Shown here piece by piece: positions 15,990-26,208 of a stretch of DNA of 50,387 nucleotides (position 1 is the stretch's first letter; the number at the start of each line of letters is the position of its first letter). A program made the position numbers and the translations under genes. Source of the DNA: an uncultured Bdellovibrionales bacterium (lineage in GTDB: Bacteria; Patescibacteriota; Minisyncoccia; Moranbacterales; UBA1568). The stretch is taken from contig CAYLJX010000004.1 of assembly GCA_964384235.1 (NCBI GenBank), positions 81,916 through 132,302 of the forward strand. The letters are read 5' to 3'. The notes beneath the pieces were generated by a model. The model did no database searches. It had not been told where the DNA came from and was given only the letters and a program-made list of their open reading frames with translations.

Positions 15990-16754
15990 TCAGTCATGAT
16001 GATGTCCGTGATGAATCATCTGTTTCCCTCCCCCGTACATCTCGCGCAGGACTTCCGCCGACTGAAGCTCGCTCGGTTTGCCGTAACAGACGAGGTGCCG
16101 GTTGAGACAGAGTACCGTACCGACTTCCTGACCGATCGCCTCCAGATCATGCGACACGAGAAGGATCGTCATGCCGCCCTTGTTGAGTTCGGTGAGAAAA
16201 TCATAGAACGTCTCTTCCGACGCCGCATCGATACCGGTCGTCGGCTCGTCCAACACCAGGAGACCCGGATCGGACACCAGGGCCCGGGCGATGAAGACAC
16301 GCTGGCGTTCCCCGCCCGAAAGCTCACCGATGCGTTTCTTCTTGAGATTGAGGATTCCGGCACGTCGGAGCGCCCGGTCGACCGTTTCGCAACGGCTCCC
16401 GCCGAAATGACGGAGCGACCCCCGTTTCGCGTCGAGGTGTCCGCTCTCGACCACTTCCGCCACCGTCGCCGGGAAGGCCGTATCACCACGGAAAACGTTC
16501 TGGGGAACATACCCTACGTTCTTCCATTCCCTGAACTCCTTGATCAGTTGTCCGAACAGTCTCACCTCGCCTTCGGTCGGTGGAAGCAGCCCGAGTATGA
16601 TCTTGAGCAGGGTCGTCTTGCCGCTTCCGTTGGGACCGACGATACCGACATAGTCCCCGGCGGAAACGGAAAACGAGACATCCTCCAGCACCCGCTCGTT
16701 GCCGTAGCGGAAACCGATTCCTTCACATGAGATGATCGTATTTTCTACCGACAT
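15990..16754 (-). CDS. znuC: Metal ABC transporter ATP-binding protein
   Basis: Walker A GPNGSGKTT, signature LSGGERQR, Walker B LLVLDEPT, His-rich C-terminus HHGHHHD. Confidence 0.88.
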   Translation of the reverse strand: MSVENTIISCEGIGFRYGNERVLEDVSFSVSAGDYVGIVGPNGSGKTTLLKIILGLLPPTEGEVRLFGQLIKEFREWKNVGYVPQNVFRGDTAFPATVAEVVESGHLDAKRGSLRHFGGSRCETVDRALRRAGILNLKKKRIGELSGGERQRVFIARALVSDPGLLVLDEPTTGIDAASEETFYDFLTELNKGGMTILLVSHDLEAIGQEVGTVLCLNRHLVCYGKPSELQSAEVLREMYGGGKQMIHHGHHHD

Positions 16755-17713
16755 TCCAGTGCACGTTTCAGATTATCCAGATTCCACCTCATGACACTCA
16801 CATAGTCCGCTCCGCTCGTACGATCCTCGTCCGAGAGACCCTCGATCGGATCGAAGACAAGCGTCTGCGCGCCGGTTTCCCGTGCGAGCGTCTCGGCCAC
16901 CTTGGGACTGACCAGCGTCTCGAAAAAGATATACTTGATGCCTTCTTTCCGTACCGTGACTGTGAGCTCCGCGAGCCGTCCAGGCGTCGGCTCCGCCTCC
17001 GGAGACAGACCGCTTATAGGAAGCGTCTCGAAACCGTACCGCTTGGCAAGGTACGCGAAGGCGTCATGTGTCGTCACGACCGTGCGCAGACGGCAGTCCG
17101 CGAGACTCTCCCGGTATTCCGTATCCAACGTCCGCAATGTCTGAAGGAACGCATCCGCATTTCGAGTATATACCTCCTGATGCTCGGGGTCACGCGCCAC
17201 GAACGCATCGTGGATCGCTTCCGCCTCTTTCCCTGCCGCTACCGGATCCAGCCAGAAGTGAGGATCGTATAGGCTCTCCTCCTCGCCGACATGCCCTTCT
17301 TCCTCATGTTCCCCCGGCAAAAGTTCGGTCTTTTCGGACATTTCTACGACCGTGATACCACGCTTCTCGAGTTCCGGTCGGATTTTTTCCGCCCACGGAT
17401 CCATCCCGGCACCATTGAGAAGGAAAACATCCGCCTGATAGGCCCTCAAGATATCCTGTGGGGTCGGCTCATACTCATGCGGCTCGGCCCCGGCCGGCAC
17501 GATACTCTCGACCGTGACGGTCTCACCCCCGACATGACGCGCGAAATCTTCCAACGGATAGAACGTCGCCACCACGGAAAGATTCTTTGCTTCCGCCTCT
17601 TGCGGAACAGGTCGTTTTTGCTTATTCCACAACAGGATTCCTCCCAGGAGAACAGTCGCACCGATGATGACGATAATCATTTTTCGCATATATATGACAT
17701 TTATGATTGACAC
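16745..17713 (-). CDS. znuA: Metal ABC transporter substrate-binding protein (ZnuA/TroA family)
   Basis: Membrane-anchor/signal start, then the cluster-9 SBP fold with an acidic/His loop (PGEHEEEGHVGEEESLYDPHFW). The start may be the internal ATG at 17689. Confidence 0.85.
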   Translation of the reverse strand: MSIINVIYMRKMIIVIIGATVLLGGILLWNKQKRPVPQEAEAKNLSVVATFYPLEDFARHVGGETVTVESIVPAGAEPHEYEPTPQDILRAYQADVFLLNGAGMDPWAEKIRPELEKRGITVVEMSEKTELLPGEHEEEGHVGEEESLYDPHFWLDPVAAGKEAEAIHDAFVARDPEHQEVYTRNADAFLQTLRTLDTEYRESLADCRLRTVVTTHDAFAYLAKRYGFETLPISGLSPEAEPTPGRLAELTVTVRKEGIKYIFFETLVSPKVAETLARETGAQTLVFDPIEGLSDEDRTSGADYVSVMRWNLDNLKRALECR

Positions 17714-18129
17714 CTTTTACACAGTCCGAAAAATTCGAGCGAGTGACGAAGGATGGCGAATCCGCTCTTCTGTCGAAGTGATTCTTCTTCCTGGAGAATG
17801 CTTTTCTCTTCCACATCCACTTCCTCCACCCGTTCGCAGCCGATGCAGACCAGATGGTGATGGTGCTCGCGCGAGGCGAGTTCGTAGTGCTGCTTCCGAT
17901 CGGAAAGCTGGATCGTCTGCACCGCCCCGAGCCGCGCAAGATTCTCAAGCTCCCGATAGACGGTCGTCTTGTTCACCATGACACCGTCTTCCTTCATCCG
18001 ACGAAGGATCTCGGGAACGGAGAGGGGGACGCGGCTTTGAAACAGCACGGAAAGCAGCGCGCGACGGGCCTTCGTCAGACGGTAACCCTGCGATTCCAGA
18101 CTATTGAGAATATCTTCCAACTTTTCCAT
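17701..18129 (-). CDS. zur: Fur-family metalloregulator (probable Zur)
   Basis: 142 aa, winged-helix N-half, HHHLVCIGCERVEEV and CKRCQ metal sites. Heads the znu operon. Confidence 0.85.
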   Translation of the reverse strand: MEKLEDILNSLESQGYRLTKARRALLSVLFQSRVPLSVPEILRRMKEDGVMVNKTTVYRELENLARLGAVQTIQLSDRKQHYELASREHHHHLVCIGCERVEEVDVEEKSILQEEESLRQKSGFAILRHSLEFFGLCKRCQS

Positions 18130-18140
18130 GTTTCCATACT

Positions 18141-18159
18141 AATGCAACTTAGTTGCATT
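18141..18159. promoter_or_regulatory. Perfect 9-1-9 palindrome, candidate Zur operator between the -35 and -10 of the zur promoter
   Basis: AATGCAACT-T-AGTTGCATT. On the minus strand it lies between TTGACA (18160..18165) and TAGTAT (18136..18141). Confidence 0.6.
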
Positions 18160-18238
18160 TGTCAACCCTGTGTAATTCCGCCGAAGGCGGACTGATGAGA
18201 ACCGATATTGCACAGGGTCAAGTGACCAGCCTAATACT

Positions 18239-18267
18239 TTGAAATTTTTCGGCATATACTATACTAT
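18239..18267 (+). promoter_or_regulatory. Sigma-70-type promoter for the rel gene
   Basis: TTGAAA, 17-nt spacer, TACTAT. Confidence 0.5.
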
Positions 18268-18289
18268 CTATATCCAAACGTTTTTTCTT

Positions 18290-19789
18290 ATGGCACAAAT
18301 AACCATCCAGGAAGTCCTCCGATCGGCCGTTCACCCCTTTCCGGCCGACGCGGAGAAACTCATCGTCGAGGCCGCCCGCTTCGCCGAGGAAGCCCATCGC
18401 GGCCAGAAACGGAAATCCGGCGAGGACTACATCGTCCACTGCCTCCATGTCGCCAAGATCCTTTCCGAAATCGGTATGGATGCCAGGACCGTGGTAGCCG
18501 GCATCGTCCATGACGTGCCCGAGGATACTCCGATCACGCTCGAGGAAGTCGGAAAAAAATTCGGGAACGAAGTCGCCTACCTCGTCGACGGCATCACCAA
18601 ACTCGGCAAGATCAAGCTGCGTGGAACGAAGGAAGAGCTGTACCTCGAGAATCTGCGCAAGATGTTCCTCGCCATGGCTCAGGACATCCGTGTCGTCATC
18701 ATCAAGCTCGCCGACCGCCTACACAACATGCGCACCCTCGAATACCTGCCGCCGGACAAGCAGGAGCGTATCGCCCGCGAGACCATGGATATCTTCGCCC
18801 CGATCGCCAACCGGCTCGGCATCGGCGAGATCAAGGGCGAGCTCGAGGATCTCTGCTTCATGTACCTCGACCCGGAGCACTACGGAGAAACCAAGAAGCT
18901 CGAGGAAACCTATCTCCGGGACGGCAAGGAATACATGGACCGCATCGTCAAACTGTTCCGCTCGGAACTTCTCAAGGAAAAAATCAGGGTCATCGACATC
19001 CACGGCCGCACCAAGCACCTCTACCGGCTCTACCAGAAGCTCAAGCGACACGACATGGACATCACCCGCATCTACGACCTCGTCGCCATCCGCATCGTCG
19101 TCCCCGAAATCGCCGACTGCTACGAGGCGCTCGGTATCGTCCACAAGCAGTACCGCCCCATGGTCGGACGCATCAAGGACTATATCTCCCTGCCGAAACC
19201 CAACGGCTACCAGTCGCTCCACACCACCGTCTTCGGTCCGGACGGACGCATCCTCGAAATCCAGATCCGTACCCGGAAGATGCACGACGAGGCCGAATAC
19301 GGTATCGCCGCGCACTGGCTCTACACCGAAAAGGACCGCTCCTCCTGGCGCAACCTGTTCTTCCGCCGCCGCACCGAGATCTTCAAGCCTCCCAAGGAAC
19401 TCGCCTGGGTCAAGCAGCTCAAGGAGTGGCAGCACGAGATCGGCCGTGACGACAAGGAATTCATGGAGGGTCTCAAGATCGAATTCTTCAAGAACCATAT
19501 CTTCGCCTTCACCCCCAAGGGAGACATCATAGAACTCCCCGAGGAGGCGACTCCCGTCGACTTCGCCTATGCCATCCACTCCGAGATCGGCAACCGTGCC
19601 ACCGGCGCCAAGGCCGACAGCAAGATCGTCCCGCTCGACTACCACATCCAGAACGGCCAGGTGATCGAGATCCTCACCGTCAAGGACAAGAAAAAACCGA
19701 GCCGCGACTGGCTCAGCTTCGTGAAAACATCGACCGCCAAATCCCACATCAAGCATTCCCTCCGCCACAACGGAATCGGAAAGAAGTAA
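18290..19789 (+). CDS. RelA/SpoT-family (p)ppGpp synthetase/hydrolase, short form (HD + synthetase + TGS)
   Basis: HD motif HRGQKRKSGEDYIVHCLHVA, synthetase core GRTKHLYRLYQKL..YISLPKPNGYQSLHTTV, TGS IFAFTPKGDIIELPEEATPVDFAYAIHSEIG. Starts at ATG 18290 (MAQITIQEV). Confidence 0.88.
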   Translation: MAQITIQEVLRSAVHPFPADAEKLIVEAARFAEEAHRGQKRKSGEDYIVHCLHVAKILSEIGMDARTVVAGIVHDVPEDTPITLEEVGKKFGNEVAYLVDGITKLGKIKLRGTKEELYLENLRKMFLAMAQDIRVVIIKLADRLHNMRTLEYLPPDKQERIARETMDIFAPIANRLGIGEIKGELEDLCFMYLDPEHYGETKKLEETYLRDGKEYMDRIVKLFRSELLKEKIRVIDIHGRTKHLYRLYQKLKRHDMDITRIYDLVAIRIVVPEIADCYEALGIVHKQYRPMVGRIKDYISLPKPNGYQSLHTTVFGPDGRILEIQIRTRKMHDEAEYGIAAHWLYTEKDRSSWRNLFFRRRTEIFKPPKELAWVKQLKEWQHEIGRDDKEFMEGLKIEFFKNHIFAFTPKGDIIELPEEATPVDFAYAIHSEIGNRATGAKADSKIVPLDYHIQNGQVIEILTVKDKKKPSRDWLSFVKTSTAKSHIKHSLRHNGIGKK

Positions 19790-19820
19790 TGTATGATGTG
19801 AGATTCATGATTGCAGATTA

Positions 19821-19850
19821 GAAAACAGCGGCCTTGCCGCTGTTTTCTCT
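19821..19850. terminator. Bidirectional terminator between rel and pilB
   Basis: gaaaacagcggc-cttg-ccgctgttttc. Confidence 0.7.
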
Positions 19851-19914
19851 ATGCTCCCCTACTCCGTTTCTGAATTCCAATCTACATTCTACAATCATCA
19901 ATCTGCAATTGGTA

Positions 19915-21666
19915 TCATTCCTTCGTAGCTCTCATCACTTCTTCCAATGAAGTCGTCCCCTGCACGATCTTGAGGAAGCCGTCCTCCACCATCGTCGCCA
20001 TGCCGTTCTTGCGCGCCTGTGTCTCAAGCTCTTCCGAGGTCGCGTTCTGTGTCACGAGCTTGCGGATGTCCGTATCCATTTCCAGAACCTCGTAGATACC
20101 GTTGCGGCCGCGGTAGCCCTCACCGCCGCACTGCTCGCAGCCGCCGGCTTTGTACAGCGTCACATCTTCCCATCCCTTGGCATCCGCGAGGATTTTTTTG
20201 GACACCTGATCGTTCTTGAGGTATTTGAAAATCGCGTCGATGTCGTATGATTTCCCGAGCGATTCGACTTCCTTCTTGTCGAGCTGGTAGGGCTTGCGGC
20301 ACTCGACGCAGAGTCGTCGTACGAGACGCTGCGCGATGATGACGTTCACCGTCGAGGCGATGAGAAACGGCTCCGCTCCCATATCGAGCATACGCGGAAG
20401 CGTCGCCGCCGCGGAGTTGGTATGAAGGGTGGAGAGCACCAGGTGACCGGTCATGGCGGCGTGCATGGCGATCTCGAGCGTCTCCTCGTCGCGGATCTCA
20501 CCGACCATGATGATGTCCGGGTCCTGACGCAGGAGCGCCCGGAGCGCCGCCGCGAACGTCATGCCGATCTTGGGACTGATCTGGGTCTGGTTGACACGTG
20601 GCATGCGATACTCCACCGGATCCTCGACGGTCGAGATGTTGACGTCGGGGGTATTGAGGATGTCCATCACCGTATACAGGGTCGTCGTCTTGCCGGAGCC
20701 GGTCGGTCCGGTGACGAGGATCATGCCGTTGGGTTTGTTGATCTCACGCTGGACCGATTCGAGCGCCACCGGATGAAAGCCCATTTTTTCGAGGGTCAGC
20801 CCCTTGGACGATTCATCGAGGAGACGCATGACGATCTTCTCCCCGTCGAAGATGGGGAGGATGCTCACGCGGAAGGAGATCTTATACTCGTCGTTCTGGA
20901 TCTTGAAGCGACCGTCCTGCGGCAGACGGTGTTCGTCGAGCTTGAGATTGGAAAGCACCTTGATACGCGCCACGATACCGGCCGCGACATCCCTCGGGAG
21001 CGTCATGGCGTCATGGAGTACGCCGTCGATACGGTAGCGCACGTGCACTTCCTTCTCGTCCGGTTCGATATGGATATCGGATGCCGACTGCAGGATGGCG
21101 TGCTTGAGAAGCGTGTCGACGATGCGGATGATAGGGAGGCCGGCCGCCACCTGTTCCAGATTCTCCTCACCTTCCTTCTTGTCTTCCGGCTTCACGTCGC
21201 CCGTGAGGATGTCGCCGAACTCGGCTTCGAGACTCTTGCCGTACTGACGGAGTGCCGTCTGGATGCTCTCGCGCGTCGTGAGACATGGCACGATTTTGAG
21301 GCCGGTCTTCTTCTTGATGAAGTCGATGGTCTGAAGGTCCTCGGGATTGAGCATCGCGACCTTGAGGTTCGCTCCGGAACGCTCGAAGGAGACGATGTTG
21401 TACTTCTTGGCGATGAGTTCGGGAACGATCTGCAGGATATCGAGCGCGATGGTCTCCTTGGAAAGGTCGACAAACGGGATGCCGAGGACGTAGGCATAGA
21501 CCTTCTGGAGTTCCGCCTCCTTCAGGAGACCCTTCTCCAGAAGCAACGCCCCGAGATCCTTCTTCTCCGTCTGGGCGGCTTCCTTGGCCGCCTCCTCGAT
21601 CTGCTCCTTGGGCAGGAGATTGGAATCCAGGAGGAACGTCTTCAGCTGATTCAGTTCAATACGCAT
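19915..21666 (-). CDS. pilB: Type II/IV secretion ATPase, PilB/GspE family
   Basis: N-terminal T2SSE_N-like domain, Walker A GPTGSGKTTTLY, GEIRDEET, tetracysteine CVECRKP..CEQCGGEGY. Confidence 0.9.
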   Translation of the reverse strand: MRIELNQLKTFLLDSNLLPKEQIEEAAKEAAQTEKKDLGALLLEKGLLKEAELQKVYAYVLGIPFVDLSKETIALDILQIVPELIAKKYNIVSFERSGANLKVAMLNPEDLQTIDFIKKKTGLKIVPCLTTRESIQTALRQYGKSLEAEFGDILTGDVKPEDKKEGEENLEQVAAGLPIIRIVDTLLKHAILQSASDIHIEPDEKEVHVRYRIDGVLHDAMTLPRDVAAGIVARIKVLSNLKLDEHRLPQDGRFKIQNDEYKISFRVSILPIFDGEKIVMRLLDESSKGLTLEKMGFHPVALESVQREINKPNGMILVTGPTGSGKTTTLYTVMDILNTPDVNISTVEDPVEYRMPRVNQTQISPKIGMTFAAALRALLRQDPDIIMVGEIRDEETLEIAMHAAMTGHLVLSTLHTNSAAATLPRMLDMGAEPFLIASTVNVIIAQRLVRRLCVECRKPYQLDKKEVESLGKSYDIDAIFKYLKNDQVSKKILADAKGWEDVTLYKAGGCEQCGGEGYRGRNGIYEVLEMDTDIRKLVTQNATSEELETQARKNGMATMVEDGFLKIVQGTTSLEEVMRATKE

Positions 21667-21778
21667 ACCAAGTTTCTTTGTGTTTGTTCATAGTATAACA
21701 CAAATATACCCATAAACACGTCTTTTCCTTACTTGTTGGAAAGTCAAAATGCAAAAGTCAAAATCTCTATTAAAACCA

Positions 21779-21805
21779 TAAAGAAAAGAGGTTCTTCACC
21801 TCTTT
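21779..21805 (-). terminator. Rho-independent terminator after groEL
   Basis: Minus strand AGAGGTGAAGAACCTCTTTTCTT. Confidence 0.65.
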
Positions 21806-21833
21806 TTCTTTCCAGTCTCCTGACTCCAAACTC

Positions 21834-23525
<1,692 letters not shown>

Positions 23526-23650
23526 TCAATCACTAATTATTATCTAAAGACTAACGTAGCCGAAGGCGCCGCCGAGAAAATACCCTCATACCTGCACAAG
23601 ACAAGATTCGGAAGCTTTGCGGGAGGCCATTACGATTACGTCGAATCTCA

Positions 23651-23677
23651 TTAGCACTCTCAATTATAGACTGCTAA
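23651..23677. promoter_or_regulatory. CIRCE (HrcA operator) overlapping the groEL promoter
   Basis: TTAGCACTC-N9-GACTGCTAA, one mismatch to TTAGCACTC-N9-GAGTGCTAA. On the minus strand, TTGACA (23685..23690), 16-nt spacer, TATAAT (23663..23668). Confidence 0.85.
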
Positions 23678-23690
23678 TAAATCCTGTCAA

Positions 23691-23723
23691 GAAAAAGATT
23701 CCGCATCAGCATGATACGGAATC
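23691..23723 (-). terminator. Rho-independent terminator after the surface-protein cluster
   Basis: Minus strand GATTCCGTATCATGCTGATGCGGAATCTTTTTC, abutting the groEL -35. Confidence 0.7.
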
Positions 23724-23756
23724 CCTTCATGGATCTGCTTTTCTGAGAACTTTAGA

Positions 23757-24299
23757 CTATTCAGCCGCCAAGATAATAATCTCGTAGGCAGTACTGGACT
23801 GATCAGACTCCTGTTTGAGGACAATAGCCACCATCTGCCCGACAGCGATGTTGCCGCGCGTCGCCCCAACACGTTCACAGAATTCCGTCGTTACCACACC
23901 ATCAACCGCCGCTTGCCGCATCTTTCCCTCCTCTTCGGATGAAAGCTTTTGGCACCGCTCTTGAGATACCTTGGTGTCAGGATTGACCATGATCGTGCGC
24001 GGTGCAACGCCATCTGTCTCAACAACGATGTCAGTATCAGATACACGCGTCACTTTTCCTGAAAACGTCCCGGCTGCAATATCTCTTCCTTTCCCCAAAG
24101 AAAGACATCCGGTACAGGCAATGTCCTGACTCTCCTGATTACCCCTTTCTCCGCCGAACCACCCATCGAGACGCTGGCTCCCCTGACGCATAAAGAAAGA
24201 AGCTACCGCAAAGAACACTAGAACAAGAAGAGCGCCTGATACGACTAGCGTCATACGAGAAACGCTTCCTGATAATCGTTTTCCCTCTCTCATAATCAT
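23757..24299 (-). CDS. Hypothetical membrane-anchored/secreted protein
   Basis: N-terminal TM (MTLVVSGALLVLVFFAVASFF) followed by a ~140-aa Cys-containing domain. Start is uncertain (GTG 24335, ATG 24299/24293/24254). Confidence 0.55.
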   Translation of the reverse strand: MIMREGKRLSGSVSRMTLVVSGALLVLVFFAVASFFMRQGSQRLDGWFGGERGNQESQDIACTGCLSLGKGRDIAAGTFSGKVTRVSDTDIVVETDGVAPRTIMVNPDTKVSQERCQKLSSEEEGKMRQAAVDGVVTTEFCERVGATRGNIAVGQMVAIVLKQESDQSSTAYEIIILAAE

Positions 24300-24316
24300 T
24301 GTAAGATGATATCCGG

Positions 24317-24946
24317 TTAGTATCTCACGTACCACTTGAGACTCGGGACACTTCCGGTATTCTCTGTAAGAGTCGCCGTACTCCTATTCACGCCGTCCAT
24401 CTGAGGAACGATAGACGTTCCCTTTGTCCGACCATCGGAACGAGTGACGTTCACGGCCATATGACCCCATGTGGCATGTGGCCGAGGATCAGTCGCATTG
24501 AAACCGTAATTCAGACTGTCAGGATTGTTGTTGACAACAGAGCCCCCATACTGCATCGGGCCCTGGCAATACGCGTACGGCGTATAGATAAACGCGTTCG
24601 AGCAGTACCTTGCAGCCGAACCGAAGCCTCCTCCACCGACTTCGTAAGTAATCCGTACCTCCGCTCCGCTTCCGATAGCCGTCGTAAGATCGGCATTCAC
24701 GGCACCTAGGGACGACTGCACCAAATGCCACCGACCGTCATGCAGACATTCATCCTTGCTTTCCCAACCGTTCGCGACAAAAAGATTACAATCCGAGACA
24801 TACTGTTTGAGTCCGATATTGCCGTTGGGCGGGGTAGCAGTCGGGGCGACCCAGGCGTGGGCAAACTGGAGTCCAAAACCCAAAATGGTACCGAAGATGA
24901 CCACTTTCCCCCAGTAAGCGATATTCTTTGTAAAAAGCATCTGCAT
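24317..24946 (-). CDS. Hypothetical secreted protein with an N-terminal anchor and an 'AWVAPTATPPNGN' motif
   Basis: 209 aa. Hydrophobic N-terminus (VVIFGTILGFGLQFAHA), then AWVAPTATPPNGN. No enzymatic motif. Confidence 0.6.
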   Translation of the reverse strand: MQMLFTKNIAYWGKVVIFGTILGFGLQFAHAWVAPTATPPNGNIGLKQYVSDCNLFVANGWESKDECLHDGRWHLVQSSLGAVNADLTTAIGSGAEVRITYEVGGGGFGSAARYCSNAFIYTPYAYCQGPMQYGGSVVNNNPDSLNYGFNATDPRPHATWGHMAVNVTRSDGRTKGTSIVPQMDGVNRSTATLTENTGSVPSLKWYVRY

Positions 24947-25014
24947 AAAAGCGTGTTACCTTGTTACTTTATTTAATTACTTGATAACTTAATGACTTAT
25001 GGATTTTCCTCAAC

Positions 25015-26112
25015 TCACTCCGGCGCCACTTCCTTCCAGTTGAAGTCGCAGGAGCGGGTACCGGTGCAGGTTTCCTGAGCTCCGCAACTGTTGGGAGCCT
25101 GGTAGGTCTGACCCTGGCAGTAGTTGGCCTGAGTAGCGGCGCAGTTGGAAGCGCAGAACTCAGTGACCGTGACCGGGACGGTGATGGTCTGGCCGGAGTA
25201 GGTGACCGTCACGGTCTCAGAGGCCGATTGCTGGCCGGGATTGGAGGCACCGGGAACATCGTTACCCCTCAAGACCTTCGGGCTTGCACCTGAAAGTGTT
25301 ACAACCGAAGAAACCGTATCGGTTATCGACGTGTCCGTCACGTCCGTCCCGGAACAATCGAGTATTGCATCATAAAAAGCGGTGAGATTCCTCGTATCAC
25401 CGAGACTGAGCGCGATACTCTTTGTCTCACCCCCTACCGCAAAGGAACTCCCGTTCAGACAAAGCTGGAGCGTGGGAACGGCACGGATACTGGCTCTCGA
25501 AACATCGACCCAACCCACTTCATCAGAGTAAATGTATCCAGAAAGCGTATTATCAGCATTGATAATCACAGACGGGAGGTTCACGCTGTTGTATGAGACA
25601 CTGCCTCCGGATGACGCCTGATCAAGGGCCACGAACCCCTTCCAGTCACCGGTACTATTGAGAGAAAGAATCCTCGCCCAGCCCTGAATCGTGTTACCCG
25701 CTCGGCGCGCATTGCAGATACCCGACGGACACCCGGCGACATCCGCGGCATTGAAACTGAGCCATCCGAAACGATCCGACCAGGCATAGCCAGAAAGAAC
25801 GCCGTCTGTCAACGGAACATCGACGCCGTAATCGATAGCTGTCGTGGTCGTGTTATTCCCATTGCAAACGACATCCACGAAGCCATTGGTATCAGTATCG
25901 CAATCGCTGCTGTTGAGACTGATCCAACCAGGACCGGACGCGACATAGTTCCTCGGATCGACAGTAACGTCTTTCACTGTCCCTGTATCACTGCCCCCCC
26001 ACAGCCAGCCGTACCCGCTTTGACCCACGCCCGCATGGATAGCCTTGACTCCGATGAAGAATCCCGCAGAGAGAAGCAACAGGAACGTAAGAATCTGTTT
26101 TCCTACTCGCAT
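25015..26112 (-). CDS. Secreted surface protein with GW-type repeats, an Ig-like segment and a C-terminal six-Cys module
   Basis: Signal peptide MRVGKQILTFLLLLSAGFFIGVKAIHA. Repeated GYGWLWGG / GPGWISLNS / RFGWLSFNA / EVGWVDVS motifs. Ends CASNC..YC..C..C..GTRSCDFNWKEVAPE. Confidence 0.7.
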   Translation of the reverse strand: MRVGKQILTFLLLLSAGFFIGVKAIHAGVGQSGYGWLWGGSDTGTVKDVTVDPRNYVASGPGWISLNSSDCDTDTNGFVDVVCNGNNTTTTAIDYGVDVPLTDGVLSGYAWSDRFGWLSFNAADVAGCPSGICNARRAGNTIQGWARILSLNSTGDWKGFVALDQASSGGSVSYNSVNLPSVIINADNTLSGYIYSDEVGWVDVSRASIRAVPTLQLCLNGSSFAVGGETKSIALSLGDTRNLTAFYDAILDCSGTDVTDTSITDTVSSVVTLSGASPKVLRGNDVPGASNPGQQSASETVTVTYSGQTITVPVTVTEFCASNCAATQANYCQGQTYQAPNSCGAQETCTGTRSCDFNWKEVAPE

Positions 26113-26208
26113 ATAAAAAAATGTTGTATGTGTTTTCCTTCCATTTAATTTTACCACAGATCGCAGACGAGATAAACCAACGGCCTTCATAGTATGCCTA
26201 TGCCTCCA

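Noticed and set aside
18160-18225. Hammerhead ribozyme, suggested by CUGAUGA next to a stable hairpin.
   Set aside because: Only two helices can be drawn. There is no helix II hairpin followed by GAA, and no three-way junction or cleavage-site context on either strand.
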